Source of the DNA: an uncultured delta proteobacterium
Lineage (GTDB): Bacteria > Desulfobacterota > Binatia > Binatales > Binataceae
DNA length: 64,000 bases
Assembly (NCBI GenBank): GCA_963793115.1
Contig: CAWBYV010000010.1
Span: forward strand, 576,755-640,754
Direction of reading: 5' to 3'
A program made the position numbers and the translations under genes. The notes beneath the pieces are model-generated. The model did not search any database and had not been told where the DNA came from. It saw nothing but the letters and a program-made list of their open reading frames with translations. Shown piece by piece: positions 17,669 through 26,767 of this stretch (its first letter is position 1; every line of letters begins with the position of its first letter).

Positions 17669-18940
17669 ATGCCGCAAGCGCCTGCCGATTACCAGCTTCG
17701 CTACCCGATCGATTTCGGCGATATCGATTCGGGCGTGATCCAGAAAGTCGTGCAGCTTTACCCCGCCGACGGCGGCAAGTCGAAGGGAATCCTTTACAGG
17801 CCCGCGCGCGGCACGCCCAGGACGGCCGTGATCATGGCGCATCCGCGCGCCGACTTCGCGCATCATTACTCGATCCCGTTCTGGGTCGAGGCCGGTTTCG
17901 CCGCGTTCGGACAGAACACGCGCTACCTGAACAACGACTCGACGATGCTCCACGAAAACCTGCTGCTCGACCTGGCCGCGGGAATCAGGTACCTGCGCGA
18001 GGAGGAGGGTTTCCTAAACCTCGTGATGCTCGGCAACTCGGGCGGCGGATCGCTGTTCGCCTACTACGATTGGCAGGCGCGCCTGCCCAAGGGTGAGCGC
18101 GTCGCGTCGCCACCGGGCGGCGGTGCGCCCGATCTGAACAACTTCGAGCTGCCGGTGGCCGATGGATTCATCGCGCTCGCGGCGCATCCGGGACAAGGGA
18201 TGGTTCTGATGGGCTCGCTCGACGCCGCGGTGGTTGACGAGAGCGATCCGTTTGCGACCGATCCCGCCTTCGATATGTACGATCAGCGCAACGGCTTTCG
18301 GACGCCGCCTGAGTCCAGCCGCTACGAAACCGGATGGCTCGCGCGCTATCGCGAGGCGCAACGCGCGCGCGCCGCGCGAATCGACGTCGTCGCGCGCCGC
18401 CATATCGCGGAGGCCAGAATCGCCAAAGAAGCCGCGCGCGCCAAGGATCTCGCCGCCGCCCATCGGGATCACTTCATGCGCCGTGCGATGGCGCCGCGCG
18501 TGATGGTCGTCTACCGCACGCAGGCCAATCCGAACTACCTGGACTTGAGCCTCGATCCCTCGGAGCGCGCGCCCGGATCGATCTTCGCGCCGCGCCCCGA
18601 TCTGTTCAACTATCATGTGTTCGGACTCGGCCGGGTCGTCACTCCCGATGCGTGGCTGTCGACCTGGTCGGGCATCTCGTCACACGCTAATTTGTTACGC
18701 AATATCGCCAAGGTGACGGTGCCGACGCTGGTGGTCGGCGCGATGGGCGACCAGGACATCTTCGTCTCCGACGTGCGCGCCGAGTTCGCAGCCTCGGGCG
18801 CGGCCGACAAACGAATCGAGTTCATCTCGGGCGCCGATCATTTCATGCGCGCAGGCGGGGTCAAATCCGATCAGGGCGACCCCCGTCCGCGCCTGATGAG
18901 CATGCTCGCGCAATGGACGCGCGAACGCTTCGCGCCGTAA
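17669..18940 (+). CDS. alpha/beta hydrolase
   Basis: AAGGAG RBS before the ATG at 17669. Nucleophile elbow MLGNSGGGSL. Late D/H region ..GAMGDQD.. ..GADHF... Confidence 0.7.
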   Translation: MPQAPADYQLRYPIDFGDIDSGVIQKVVQLYPADGGKSKGILYRPARGTPRTAVIMAHPRADFAHHYSIPFWVEAGFAAFGQNTRYLNNDSTMLHENLLLDLAAGIRYLREEEGFLNLVMLGNSGGGSLFAYYDWQARLPKGERVASPPGGGAPDLNNFELPVADGFIALAAHPGQGMVLMGSLDAAVVDESDPFATDPAFDMYDQRNGFRTPPESSRYETGWLARYREAQRARAARIDVVARRHIAEARIAKEAARAKDLAAAHRDHFMRRAMAPRVMVVYRTQANPNYLDLSLDPSERAPGSIFAPRPDLFNYHVFGLGRVVTPDAWLSTWSGISSHANLLRNIAKVTVPTLVVGAMGDQDIFVSDVRAEFAASGAADKRIEFISGADHFMRAGGVKSDQGDPRPRLMSMLAQWTRERFAP

Positions 18941-18949
18941 GCCGGCGCC

Positions 18950-19766
18950 TCAGTAGATTCGCGCGCGCAGGATCGCGCAATCGCCGGCGGCGGCGTGATC
19001 GCTCTCGAAGCTCGCACGAATGCCGGCGAACCGTCCCGACCGAAGATCCCCGGCGAGCGCGGCCAGCCCGCGTTCCACGGCCCGCGCGCCAAGCCGGCGG
19101 AAACCCGAGGTCGCCTCGCGGAAGCCCGCGTCGAACAGCAACTCGGGACGGCTCGACGCCGACTCGAAGGTGAGATCGCCGCGGCCCGAATAGAGCACCG
19201 GCGCGGCCGTCACCGAGTCGAACCCTGCGCGCAGAAACGCGCCAATCAACGCCCCAAGCGGCGGATGCAGCGGCATCAGGACACGGTCCATCTCGGGAAA
19301 GTAATGCCGGTACCAGAGCGTCGCGAGATTCTCGCGCACCACGGCTTGCAGCACCGCTCCGGCCCGCACCACCCGTCTGCAGCTCGGCCAGCGCCGCGCC
19401 GGGCTCGCCAAGATGATGCAGCACGTTCACGCCCACTGCGGCATCGAAGCAGGCGTCCCGAAGTGGAAGCTCAAGCGCGTCGAAGATCATCCATCGAGCG
19501 GCGCGGGCCTTCGCCCGCCCGCGATCGATCATTGGCGCGGAGTGATCGCCCGCGACTATTTGAAGGCCGTGCTGGAAGCCGCGCGCCGCGATCGCGGCAG
19601 TGTAGTTGCCGGTGCCGGCGCCGATCTCGAGCACGGTCCGGGCGCGGATCGCGTCGAGCGCGTCGCATAACGCAGCCGCGATAGCCGGTTCGGCCCGCCG
19701 TGAGCGATCGTAGTTCTCCGCGACTGTGGCGTAATCGATCCCGGCTTGCGGCGTAAGCGCGGTCAT
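18950..19766 (-). CDS. class I SAM-dependent methyltransferase (frame-disrupted)
   Basis: Motif I VLEIGAGTGNYT and ..VNVLHHLGEPGAALAEL sit in ORF 18861-19766. The sequence continues in ORF 18950-19411 (RRVVRAGAVLQAVVRENLATLWYRHYFPEMD..). The shift is near 19380. Confidence 0.75.
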
Positions 19767-19793
19767 TGTTGGGCAGGTTTCAGGGCGCAGGTT

Positions 19794-20138
19794 TCAGGCC
19801 GGTGCGGCGTAATGCTCTTCGAGCAGGTACTTAACGTCGGGACGGCCGAGCACCTCGATAAAGCAAATCTCGTCGGCCGCGTTGAGGTCGATAATCAGGA
19901 AGCCTTCCATCGCCTGCAGCTCGACCACGCGGCTCACCTTCACCTCGGGCGCGGTCGCGAAGCTTGCGCAGTTCTCGTCGCCGCAATCGCAGATCGATTC
20001 GATTCTGAGCGCGCGCAGTTGCTCCTCGAGCCCGGCCGCGTCGGTCTGCCGCACGACAAAGATGATCTCTTCGAGCAAATCGGGCAGGATTTCGCTGATC
20101 AGTGGGGCAGCCATCGTGGACGAGCCAATACTATCCAA
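19794..20138 (-). CDS. small acidic hypothetical protein
   Basis: 114-codon ORF with plausible composition. Alternative start MAAPLISE.. at 20114. No family recognised. Confidence 0.4.
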   Translation of the reverse strand: MDSIGSSTMAAPLISEILPDLLEEIIFVVRQTDAAGLEEQLRALRIESICDCGDENCASFATAPEVKVSRVVELQAMEGFLIIDLNAADEICFIEVLGRPDVKYLLEEHYAAPA

Positions 20139-20269
20139 CGCAACTCGGTAATCTAACCATAACGATGTGAAGCGACCAAGTCGCGAGGTCGATTCGGCAG
20201 TGGGTCCGTCTGACGGGCGGAGCCGTCTTGCGCCGATTCAACTCATCGTATGTCCGAAGCCTCGCTGGT

Positions 20270-20497
20270 GTCATTCTCGCGCGTGGCTGCCGCGCGAAGA
20301 ATCCCGGATTCCGGTTGCGGCTTTTGCTACTCCTCGCGCAAGTCCTTGCGCCCGAAAACGCAGCGCTCAAGGTCGTTGGTGGCGCGCACGCGAAAGGCTG
20401 CTCACAATGTATTACGCAGAAGGTCCAGTCGTGCATGAAAGCACTTCAGCGGAGCAGATCCGGGATTCTTCGCGCGGCAGCCACGCGCGAGAATGAC
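20270..20497. repeat. MITE-like element with perfect 40-bp terminal inverted repeats
   Basis: 20270-20309 (gtcattctcgcgcgtggctgccgcgcgaagaatcccggat) is the exact reverse complement of 20458-20497. The spacer is 148 bp. Each arm also contains its own CGCGCG..CGCGCG hairpin. Confidence 0.85.
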
Positions 20498-20557
20498 AAT
20501 CGTGAAGGCCCCTTTTACGAGCGGATTAAAATAACCCACTACCGTCAATTCGGCGCT

Positions 20558-21223
20558 TCACACGCCGCGGGCGCCGGGCGGCCATATGTGCTTGTGGATC
20601 TGAAGCTGCAAGCGCGCCGGAATACGATCTTCGAGTATCCAGGCGGCGAGCCGCGCCGGCTCCAACCGCCCGAACGCGCAACTGAAGAGTATCGCGCTAA
20701 CGCGTTCAGCAAGCGCGCGGCTTCGGACCACGTCGCGCGCCCATTCGTAGTCGGCGCGATCGCCGATCACGAACTTGACCTCGTCGTGCGCGCTTAGATG
20801 GCCGAGGTTGCTCCACAGATTTTTTCCGCACTCGCCGCTGCCGGGACATTTGAGGTCCATGATCTTGATGACGCGCGGATCGATCCGGCTCACGTCGCTC
20901 GCGCCGGAGGTCTCGATCATCACGCTGAGTCCGCGCCCGAGCAGCGCGAGCATCAGCGGATGGACTGCGTCCTGCAACAGCGGCTCGCCGCCGGTTATCT
21001 CGACCAGCGGACAGCGATGCGCCTCCACCTGCGCGACGATCTCGGCGACGGTCATCCGGCGCCCCTCGCTGAAGGCGTATTCGGTGTCGCACCAGTCGCA
21101 GCGCAGATTACACCCGGTCAGCCGCACGAACACGCACGGGCGCCCGGCATGCGTCGACTCGCCCTGGATACTGTAGAAGATCTCGTTGACGAGCAGCGTC
21201 GCGGCCTGGTTGGTTTCAGCCAA
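20558..21223 (-). CDS. queE: 7-carboxy-7-deazaguanine synthase (radical SAM)
   Basis: LVNEIFYSIQGESTHAGRPCVFVRLTGCNLRCDWCDTEYAF is the QueE signature, including the CX3CX2C cluster. Confidence 0.9.
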   Translation of the reverse strand: MAETNQAATLLVNEIFYSIQGESTHAGRPCVFVRLTGCNLRCDWCDTEYAFSEGRRMTVAEIVAQVEAHRCPLVEITGGEPLLQDAVHPLMLALLGRGLSVMIETSGASDVSRIDPRVIKIMDLKCPGSGECGKNLWSNLGHLSAHDEVKFVIGDRADYEWARDVVRSRALAERVSAILFSCAFGRLEPARLAAWILEDRIPARLQLQIHKHIWPPGARGV

Positions 21224-22391
21224 GCTGCTTGCGCGCCGCCGCGAGCGCGTCCTCCATCACCCGGCGAAGCGGCACGCGATGCGCCAGCGCGGCGCGGCGG
21301 CAATCTTCGTACTCGGGCGCGAGCGTCGCGGGTGCGCCGCCGTCGGGGCCGGAAACCTTGACCCGTATTTCACCCCATCGGGTCGCCAGCTTGACGATCT
21401 CGCGATTGAGCTTGAGGCGCGCCACCGGATGGAACCGGATTCCGATCGTCGAAGTCTCGGCGAACAGCACGCCGGCGAGCCGCTCGCGGATCGCGGCCTC
21501 GGCGATCAGCGCGAGCGTCACGCCCGGCCTGCCCTTTTTCATGATCGTCGGCGTAATCGTCACGTCGCGCGCGCCTGCGGCGAACAGCCGCTCCGCCAGG
21601 TGCTCGTAGATCTGCGGGTTGAGGTCGTCGATATTGGCCGCGATCTCGACCATCTCGTCGGACGCGAAGGCCTGCCGCTCCTGGCCGATTATCATGCGCA
21701 ATACGTTAGGCCGATCGCTGAATTCCTTGGTGCCGGCGCCGTAGCCCACTTTTTCGATCTCGAAGGCGCAGGGCACTGGAGCGGGACGCGCGAGCGCCTT
21801 GATGACCGCGGCGCCGGTCGGGGTGACCATCTCGGACGATCCGTCGCCGAGCCGCACTGCGAAGCCGGCCAGCAGCTCGGCGGTGGCGGGCGCCGGAGCC
21901 GGAATCACCCCGTGCGCGGAACTGACGAAGCCCGATCCCATCGGGATCGGCGACACCAGGATCTGACCGACGCCGAGCTGGTCGAAACCCCACGCCGACG
22001 CGATCACGTCCACGATCGAATCGACGGCTCCGAGCTCGTGAAAGTGGACCTCTTCGGCGCTGGTATGATGGATTTTCGCCTCGGCGTCAGCGAGCACGCC
22101 GAAGATCGCGTTCGCGTCGCGCTTGACTGAATCGGGCAGGTCGCCTGCGTCGATCATCGCGCGAATCTCGCCGAGCTGGCGCTCGGGCTGCGGCTCGAGC
22201 ACCTCAACGTCGAACTTGGTCGCCGAGATTCCGCTTACGATTTTGCGGCGGGCCGCAACCCGATAGCCGCGTAGCGGCATCGAATCGAGCGCGCGCTTTA
22301 ACTCGGCGAGCTCCCCGCCGCAATCCAGCAGCGCGCCGGCGATCATATCGCCGCTCAGCCCCGAGAACGCGTCGAGATAGGCGGTTTTCAT
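21216..22391 (-). CDS. larC: nickel insertion protein LarC (DUF111 family)
   Basis: N-terminus MKTAYLDAFSGLSGDMIAGALLDCG and about 390 aa. Overlaps the queE start by 8 nt. Confidence 0.85.
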   Translation of the reverse strand: MKTAYLDAFSGLSGDMIAGALLDCGGELAELKRALDSMPLRGYRVAARRKIVSGISATKFDVEVLEPQPERQLGEIRAMIDAGDLPDSVKRDANAIFGVLADAEAKIHHTSAEEVHFHELGAVDSIVDVIASAWGFDQLGVGQILVSPIPMGSGFVSSAHGVIPAPAPATAELLAGFAVRLGDGSSEMVTPTGAAVIKALARPAPVPCAFEIEKVGYGAGTKEFSDRPNVLRMIIGQERQAFASDEMVEIAANIDDLNPQIYEHLAERLFAAGARDVTITPTIMKKGRPGVTLALIAEAAIRERLAGVLFAETSTIGIRFHPVARLKLNREIVKLATRWGEIRVKVSGPDGGAPATLAPEYEDCRRAALAHRVPLRRVMEDALAAARKQLG

Positions 22392-22459
22392 AGTCTCTTC
22401 TTTACACGAGAGTATGCCACAAGTTAGGATCGAAGACCCGGTGGGATTCCGGCTTACAC

Positions 22460-22828
22460 ATGAGGCAAAGGGAGCAGGAACTCTTCCGCCGCCTGCTGGA
22501 AACGCGCAGGCGCGAAATCCTGAGCGAGGCCGAGCGGGCGGTGGGCTCCATGAACAGCAAGCCGGAAGAGGCGTTCGCCGATCCGGCCGACCGGGCCACG
22601 CTCGAGTCCGATCGCAACTTCCAGCTTCGGCTGCGCGATCGCGAACGCAAGCTGCTGGCCAAGATCGACGGGGCGGTGGACCGAATCGGCGACGGCAGCT
22701 ACGGCCGATGCGAGGAATGCGGCGGCGAGATCGGAATCGAGCGGCTCAAGGCGCGGCCCGTGACCACGTTCTGTATCGGATGCAAGTCCGACCAGGAAGC
22801 GCGCGAGCAAAAGCGAATCGCCCGCTAG
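22460..22828 (+). CDS. dksA: DksA/TraR family C4 zinc-finger regulator
   Basis: Coiled-coil N-terminus and CEECGGEIGIERLKARPVTTFCIGC zinc finger. Confidence 0.85.
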   Translation: MRQREQELFRRLLETRRREILSEAERAVGSMNSKPEEAFADPADRATLESDRNFQLRLRDRERKLLAKIDGAVDRIGDGSYGRCEECGGEIGIERLKARPVTTFCIGCKSDQEAREQKRIAR

Positions 22829-22850
22829 CCAGCGCCAACCCGGGAACACG

Positions 22851-23717
22851 ATGAAGGTTCGTAAGGCCGTTATCGTCGCGGCCGGCTTTGGCACTCGCAT
22901 GTTGCCGGCCTCGCGGGTGATACCCAAGGAGCTGCTGCCGGTGGTGGACACTCCGGCGATCCAGCTAATCGTCGAGGAAATCACGTCCTCCGGAATCGAC
23001 GACATCGCAATCGTGATCAGCCCCGGGCGCACGCTGGCGCTGGATCAGTTTCGTCCCGCGCCCGAACTGGAGCAGTATCTCGAAGAGCGCGGCAAGGGCG
23101 ACTTGCTCGCGATAGTCAGGGCCAGCTCCAAACTCGCGCGAATCACGCCGATCGAACAGCCCGCGCCGCTCGGGCTCGGCCACGCGGTGATGCAGGCGCG
23201 CGATTTCGCCGCCGGCGAGCCGATTGCGGTAATCCTGCCCGACGATATCGTTGACGCGCCGCGGCCGTGCCTGAGACAGATCCTCGAGGTTGCCGAGTAT
23301 CGCAACGCGCCGGCACTTTCGTTGCTCAGGGTTCCCGAGAGCGAGCTTTCCAAGTACGGCATTGTCGAGGTGAATCGGGTCGAGGGTCGGCTCTACCGGC
23401 TGACCGGGATGGTCGAGAAGCCGCGGCCCGGCGATGCGCCGAGCGACTTCGCGATCATCGGGCGCTACGTACTGATGCCGGAAATCTTCGACCTGTTGCG
23501 CGACACACCACCCGGAGCCGGCGGCGAGATTCAGCTCACCGACGCATTGCTCAAACTCTGCAAGCGCCGCGAGGTTTATGGCTACGAATTCGAGGGCACT
23601 CGCTACGACCTGGGCGATCGGGCGGGCTTTGTGATCGCGCAAATCGGTCTCGGCTTGAAACGGCCCGATCTCGCTGATAGGTTGCGGGCTTATCTGAGGT
23701 CGATCAGCAACTCGTAG
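22851..23717 (+). CDS. galU: UTP--glucose-1-phosphate uridylyltransferase
   Basis: KAVIVAAGFGTRMLPASRVIPKELLPVVDTPAIQ is the GalU N-terminal signature. 288 aa. Confidence 0.9.
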   Translation: MKVRKAVIVAAGFGTRMLPASRVIPKELLPVVDTPAIQLIVEEITSSGIDDIAIVISPGRTLALDQFRPAPELEQYLEERGKGDLLAIVRASSKLARITPIEQPAPLGLGHAVMQARDFAAGEPIAVILPDDIVDAPRPCLRQILEVAEYRNAPALSLLRVPESELSKYGIVEVNRVEGRLYRLTGMVEKPRPGDAPSDFAIIGRYVLMPEIFDLLRDTPPGAGGEIQLTDALLKLCKRREVYGYEFEGTRYDLGDRAGFVIAQIGLGLKRPDLADRLRAYLRSISNS

Positions 23718-23735
23718 AGTTTTCCCTCATTCGGT

Positions 23736-23811
23736 GGGGCAGTAGCTCAGCTGGGAGAGCACCACGTTCGCAACGTGGGGGTCGAGGGTTCAAATCCCTT
23801 CTGCTCCACCA
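23736..23811 (+). tRNA. tRNA-Ala (anticodon CGC), CCA encoded
   Basis: Cloverleaf read by eye. Acceptor stem GGGGCAG/CTGCTCC with the G3:U70 Ala identity pair. D arm AGCTCAGCTGGGAGAGC. Anticodon stem-loop CCACG-TTCGCAA-CGTGG. T arm GGGTTCAAATCCC. 3' ACCA followed by a T run. Confidence 0.9.
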
Positions 23812-24054
23812 TTTTTCTCGATTTCGGCGGTGTTCACCCGAGTACGCTTACGGTAGTGGGTCATTTGCTGAATCGGCGCCAGACGCCTCCGCTCATCAAA
23901 CTGACCCACTACCCGCCGCTGCATTTCGCTTGACAAGTTCCGCGGAAAGCGCTTTTTGAGGCTGTCGCGAAGCAGGGCGTCCCGGAAATCGCGGCCACGA
24001 TTCCGGGCTACGTTACCCCGCGCACCGTAACACGAGAAACACGGAGATAAATCG

Positions 24055-24843
24055 ATGGAATACAAGGAACTCATCGGCAGCCGGCGATCGATCCGCTTCT
24101 TCCAGTCGTGGCGTCCCGTCGAGCGCGAGAAGGTCCAGATAATGCTGGAGGCGGCACGGATCGCGTCTTGCGCGGTGAATGCCAGCTTCTTTCGCGCCAT
24201 CGTCGTCTTCCGCGACGACCTCGATCGCGCCACGCTCGACGCGCTCAAAACGCCGGTGTCGGGGCTCAACATCGAGCTGGCTCCCGTGCACATCTACTGT
24301 TTCGTGGACATGGGCGCCTACAAGGGCGCGCAAGCGCGGCTCAAGCAACTGGTTGACGTGGGCGCGCTGAACGCGACTCACGGCTGGAGCCACAAGTTCG
24401 TCGATGACTTCGTCTGGCCGAACATCCTGAAGCCGCTGGCCGACAACGCCGGTCAGGCGCAAGTGGCCGCCGCAGCCGCCTCCGATGCGGGAATCGCGGT
24501 CTGCCAGGCGATGCTCGCCGGAGTCGATGAGGGACTCGGCGTCTGCCTGTCGGCCTTCGTGTACGAGCCGATCAGAAAGATCCTCAACCCGCCCCCGGAA
24601 TGGCTGCCCCTGTTCGTGCTGCTGGCCGGATATCCGGCGGAATCGCCCAAGGCCGGCGGGCAGCGGCCGCGGCCGCCGCTCGAACAGCTTTACTTCGAGG
24701 GCAAGTACGGCAATCCGTTCAAGTCCGACCCCAAAGTTACCGAGCAGTTGCGCGCGAAGAAGATGTTCCAGGCGCCTGCGCCGCTGCCTTGGCGCAAGGA
24801 GGAGATCAAGGCGCTGGCGCGCATGTTCGGACTGCCCGAATGA
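24055..24843 (+). CDS. nitroreductase-fold protein (module A)
   Basis: MEYKELIGSRRSIRFFQSWRPVEREKVQIMLEAARIASCAVN is a nitroreductase-type N-terminus. Paralog of 39747-40530. Confidence 0.75.
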   Translation: MEYKELIGSRRSIRFFQSWRPVEREKVQIMLEAARIASCAVNASFFRAIVVFRDDLDRATLDALKTPVSGLNIELAPVHIYCFVDMGAYKGAQARLKQLVDVGALNATHGWSHKFVDDFVWPNILKPLADNAGQAQVAAAAASDAGIAVCQAMLAGVDEGLGVCLSAFVYEPIRKILNPPPEWLPLFVLLAGYPAESPKAGGQRPRPPLEQLYFEGKYGNPFKSDPKVTEQLRAKKMFQAPAPLPWRKEEIKALARMFGLPE

Positions 24844-25199
24844 CTGCTCCGGCCAAGCCGCTCGCCGACTACGAATCGGTGCAAACCTGGTTCCGGGGAC
24901 TCACCGAGCAGTCGGGCGTCGATCCGCAGGCCGATCCGTCGAGGCTCGAGTTGCTGGGCGAGTTTTGCGCCCTGGTCGAGCTCGATCCTGACGAGATCGT
25001 GACCGCCTGCCTGCTGCACAAGGAGGGAGCCGAGACCAAGATCAGCATCAAGGGACGACGCCGGATGGCTGACAAAATCGCCGAGTTTCAGGCGCAGGAC
25101 GTGAGCGGCAGCTCGCGCGATCGTGCGCGGCGCGGCAACACGATTCGAAGTTTCCTCATTCACAACGGTATCCTGTTACAGTCCGGAATCCAGGCTTAG
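24840..25199 (+). CDS. small hypothetical protein coupled to nitroreductase-fold gene (module A)
   Basis: The ATG overlaps the upstream TGA (ATGA at 24840-24843). Starts MTAPAKPLADYESVQTWF.. and ends ..SFLIHNGILLQ. Paralog of 39403-39741. Confidence 0.6.
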   Translation: MTAPAKPLADYESVQTWFRGLTEQSGVDPQADPSRLELLGEFCALVELDPDEIVTACLLHKEGAETKISIKGRRRMADKIAEFQAQDVSGSSRDRARRGNTIRSFLIHNGILLQSGIQA

Positions 25200-25220
25200 A
25201 TCGATCGGGAATTTATTCTG

Positions 25221-26546
25221 ATGGCGGAACGTTTCGACGTAGCGATCGTGGGCGCCGGACCGGGCGCGTCGATGGCCGCATATATCCTCGCCAAGGCCGG
25301 CCTCCGGGTGATCGTGTTCGAACGCGGCGACTTCCCCGGCTCGAAGGCGATGTTCGGCGGCGTGCTCTACACGACCGTCCTGAGCAAATTCTTTCCGGAC
25401 TTTACCGGCCAGGGATGCGTCGAGCGGCACGTGGTCGAGAAGCGTTTCTCGATGCTGTCGCGGGACGACGAGCTCGCGCTGTCGTTCAAGTTCCTCGGTT
25501 TCGAGCCGCCGTACTACAACCATTCTTTTACCGCGTTGCGCGCGCACTTCGACCGCTATCTGGCGCAGCAGGCCGAGAACGCCGGCGCGATGTTCGTCAC
25601 GCAGACCGTGGTGGACCAGGTCCTTATGAAGGATGGACGGGTGACCGGCGTGCGTGCGCGCCGCGAGGGCGGCGAGGTCGAGGCCAACGTCGTGATCGCG
25701 GCGGACGGGGCCAATTCGCTGATCGCTCAGTCGGCCGGGTTGCGCGGCGAGCTGCCGCTTTCGGTGATTCTCGGCATCAAGGAGATCGTCTCGCTGCCGC
25801 GGGCGATTATCGAAGACCGCTTTTCGCTGGAAGGCGACGAGGGCGCCGCCTACGAGTACATCGGGGGCGAGGCCGTAAAGGGCGCGATGGGCGCGGGCTT
25901 TCTCTACACCAATCGCGACACGATCTCGGTCGGGCTGGGCGTGTCGCTGAGCGCGCTCCAGACGCTGGGCATTCAGCCCGACGAATTGCTCAACCAATTC
26001 AAGATGCATCCGGTCGTGCGCAGGCTGCTGCGCGGCACCACACCCGAGGAATACTCCGCGCACCTGATCCCCGAGATGGCGCCGCAGCATCTGCCGCGCT
26101 TCGTCGGCGACGGCATCATCGTGATCGGCGGCGCTGCCGGTCTGGTGAATGCCAACCCGATGTTCCATGAGGGAACCAACATGGCGATGGCTTCGGGCGT
26201 GCTGGCCGCCCAGACGATCATCGAGGCCCACAAGGCGGCCGATTACAGCGCGCAAGCGCTGGCTCCGTACGTCACCCGGTTGCGGCAGAGCTTCGCCTGG
26301 AAGGATTACGAGCGCTACGAGCGGTTGACCCGGATGGCGGAAACGCACCCCCAGCTCTTCAACAAGTATCCGTACGAATTTACCGCCATGGCGCGCAAGC
26401 TCTTTTCCGTGCTACCCGGAGAAGATGGTATGCAAGTACCCAAGCGCAAGCTCGAGCTGGCGGTGGCTGACCATCTACTGGCCGAGCTCGGCCTGATGAC
26501 GTTCGCGACTGACCTGCTCGATATCGCCAAGGCCGCCGTGATGTGA
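25221..26546 (+). CDS. fixC: FAD-dependent oxidoreductase FixC-like (ETF-quinone oxidoreductase family)
   Basis: RFDVAIVGAGPGASMAAYILAKAGLRVIVFERGDFPGSKAMFGGVLY. About 440 aa, the FixC family layout. Confidence 0.8.
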   Translation: MAERFDVAIVGAGPGASMAAYILAKAGLRVIVFERGDFPGSKAMFGGVLYTTVLSKFFPDFTGQGCVERHVVEKRFSMLSRDDELALSFKFLGFEPPYYNHSFTALRAHFDRYLAQQAENAGAMFVTQTVVDQVLMKDGRVTGVRARREGGEVEANVVIAADGANSLIAQSAGLRGELPLSVILGIKEIVSLPRAIIEDRFSLEGDEGAAYEYIGGEAVKGAMGAGFLYTNRDTISVGLGVSLSALQTLGIQPDELLNQFKMHPVVRRLLRGTTPEEYSAHLIPEMAPQHLPRFVGDGIIVIGGAAGLVNANPMFHEGTNMAMASGVLAAQTIIEAHKAADYSAQALAPYVTRLRQSFAWKDYERYERLTRMAETHPQLFNKYPYEFTAMARKLFSVLPGEDGMQVPKRKLELAVADHLLAELGLMTFATDLLDIAKAAVM

Positions 26547-26767
26547 GCGTTGCGTGGGCGCGAGACGCGAAGCCGGCCCCTCCCGGCGCTGCGGGAAGCG
26601 CCTTGCACTCAAAACCGGGCTTGAATTTTCCGTTTGCCGATCACCTGATGCCGGTGCTAGTCCGAATCAGGATTCAAAATGGAAATTCCGGCTTCAAGCT
26701 GGCGACCGGGGTCTCGCTCAGGTGAGGCGGCAGAGGGCTGTCGCTTGGGGATGCGGAGGGGTTTCCG

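Noticed and set aside
23736-24054. tRNA-Ala as an integration hotspot, with an integrase or att site downstream.
   Set aside because: The 240 bp after the tRNA has no integrase-like reading frame in any of the six frames I translated, and I saw no direct repeat of the tRNA 3' end. The next gene is an ordinary nitroreductase-fold protein.
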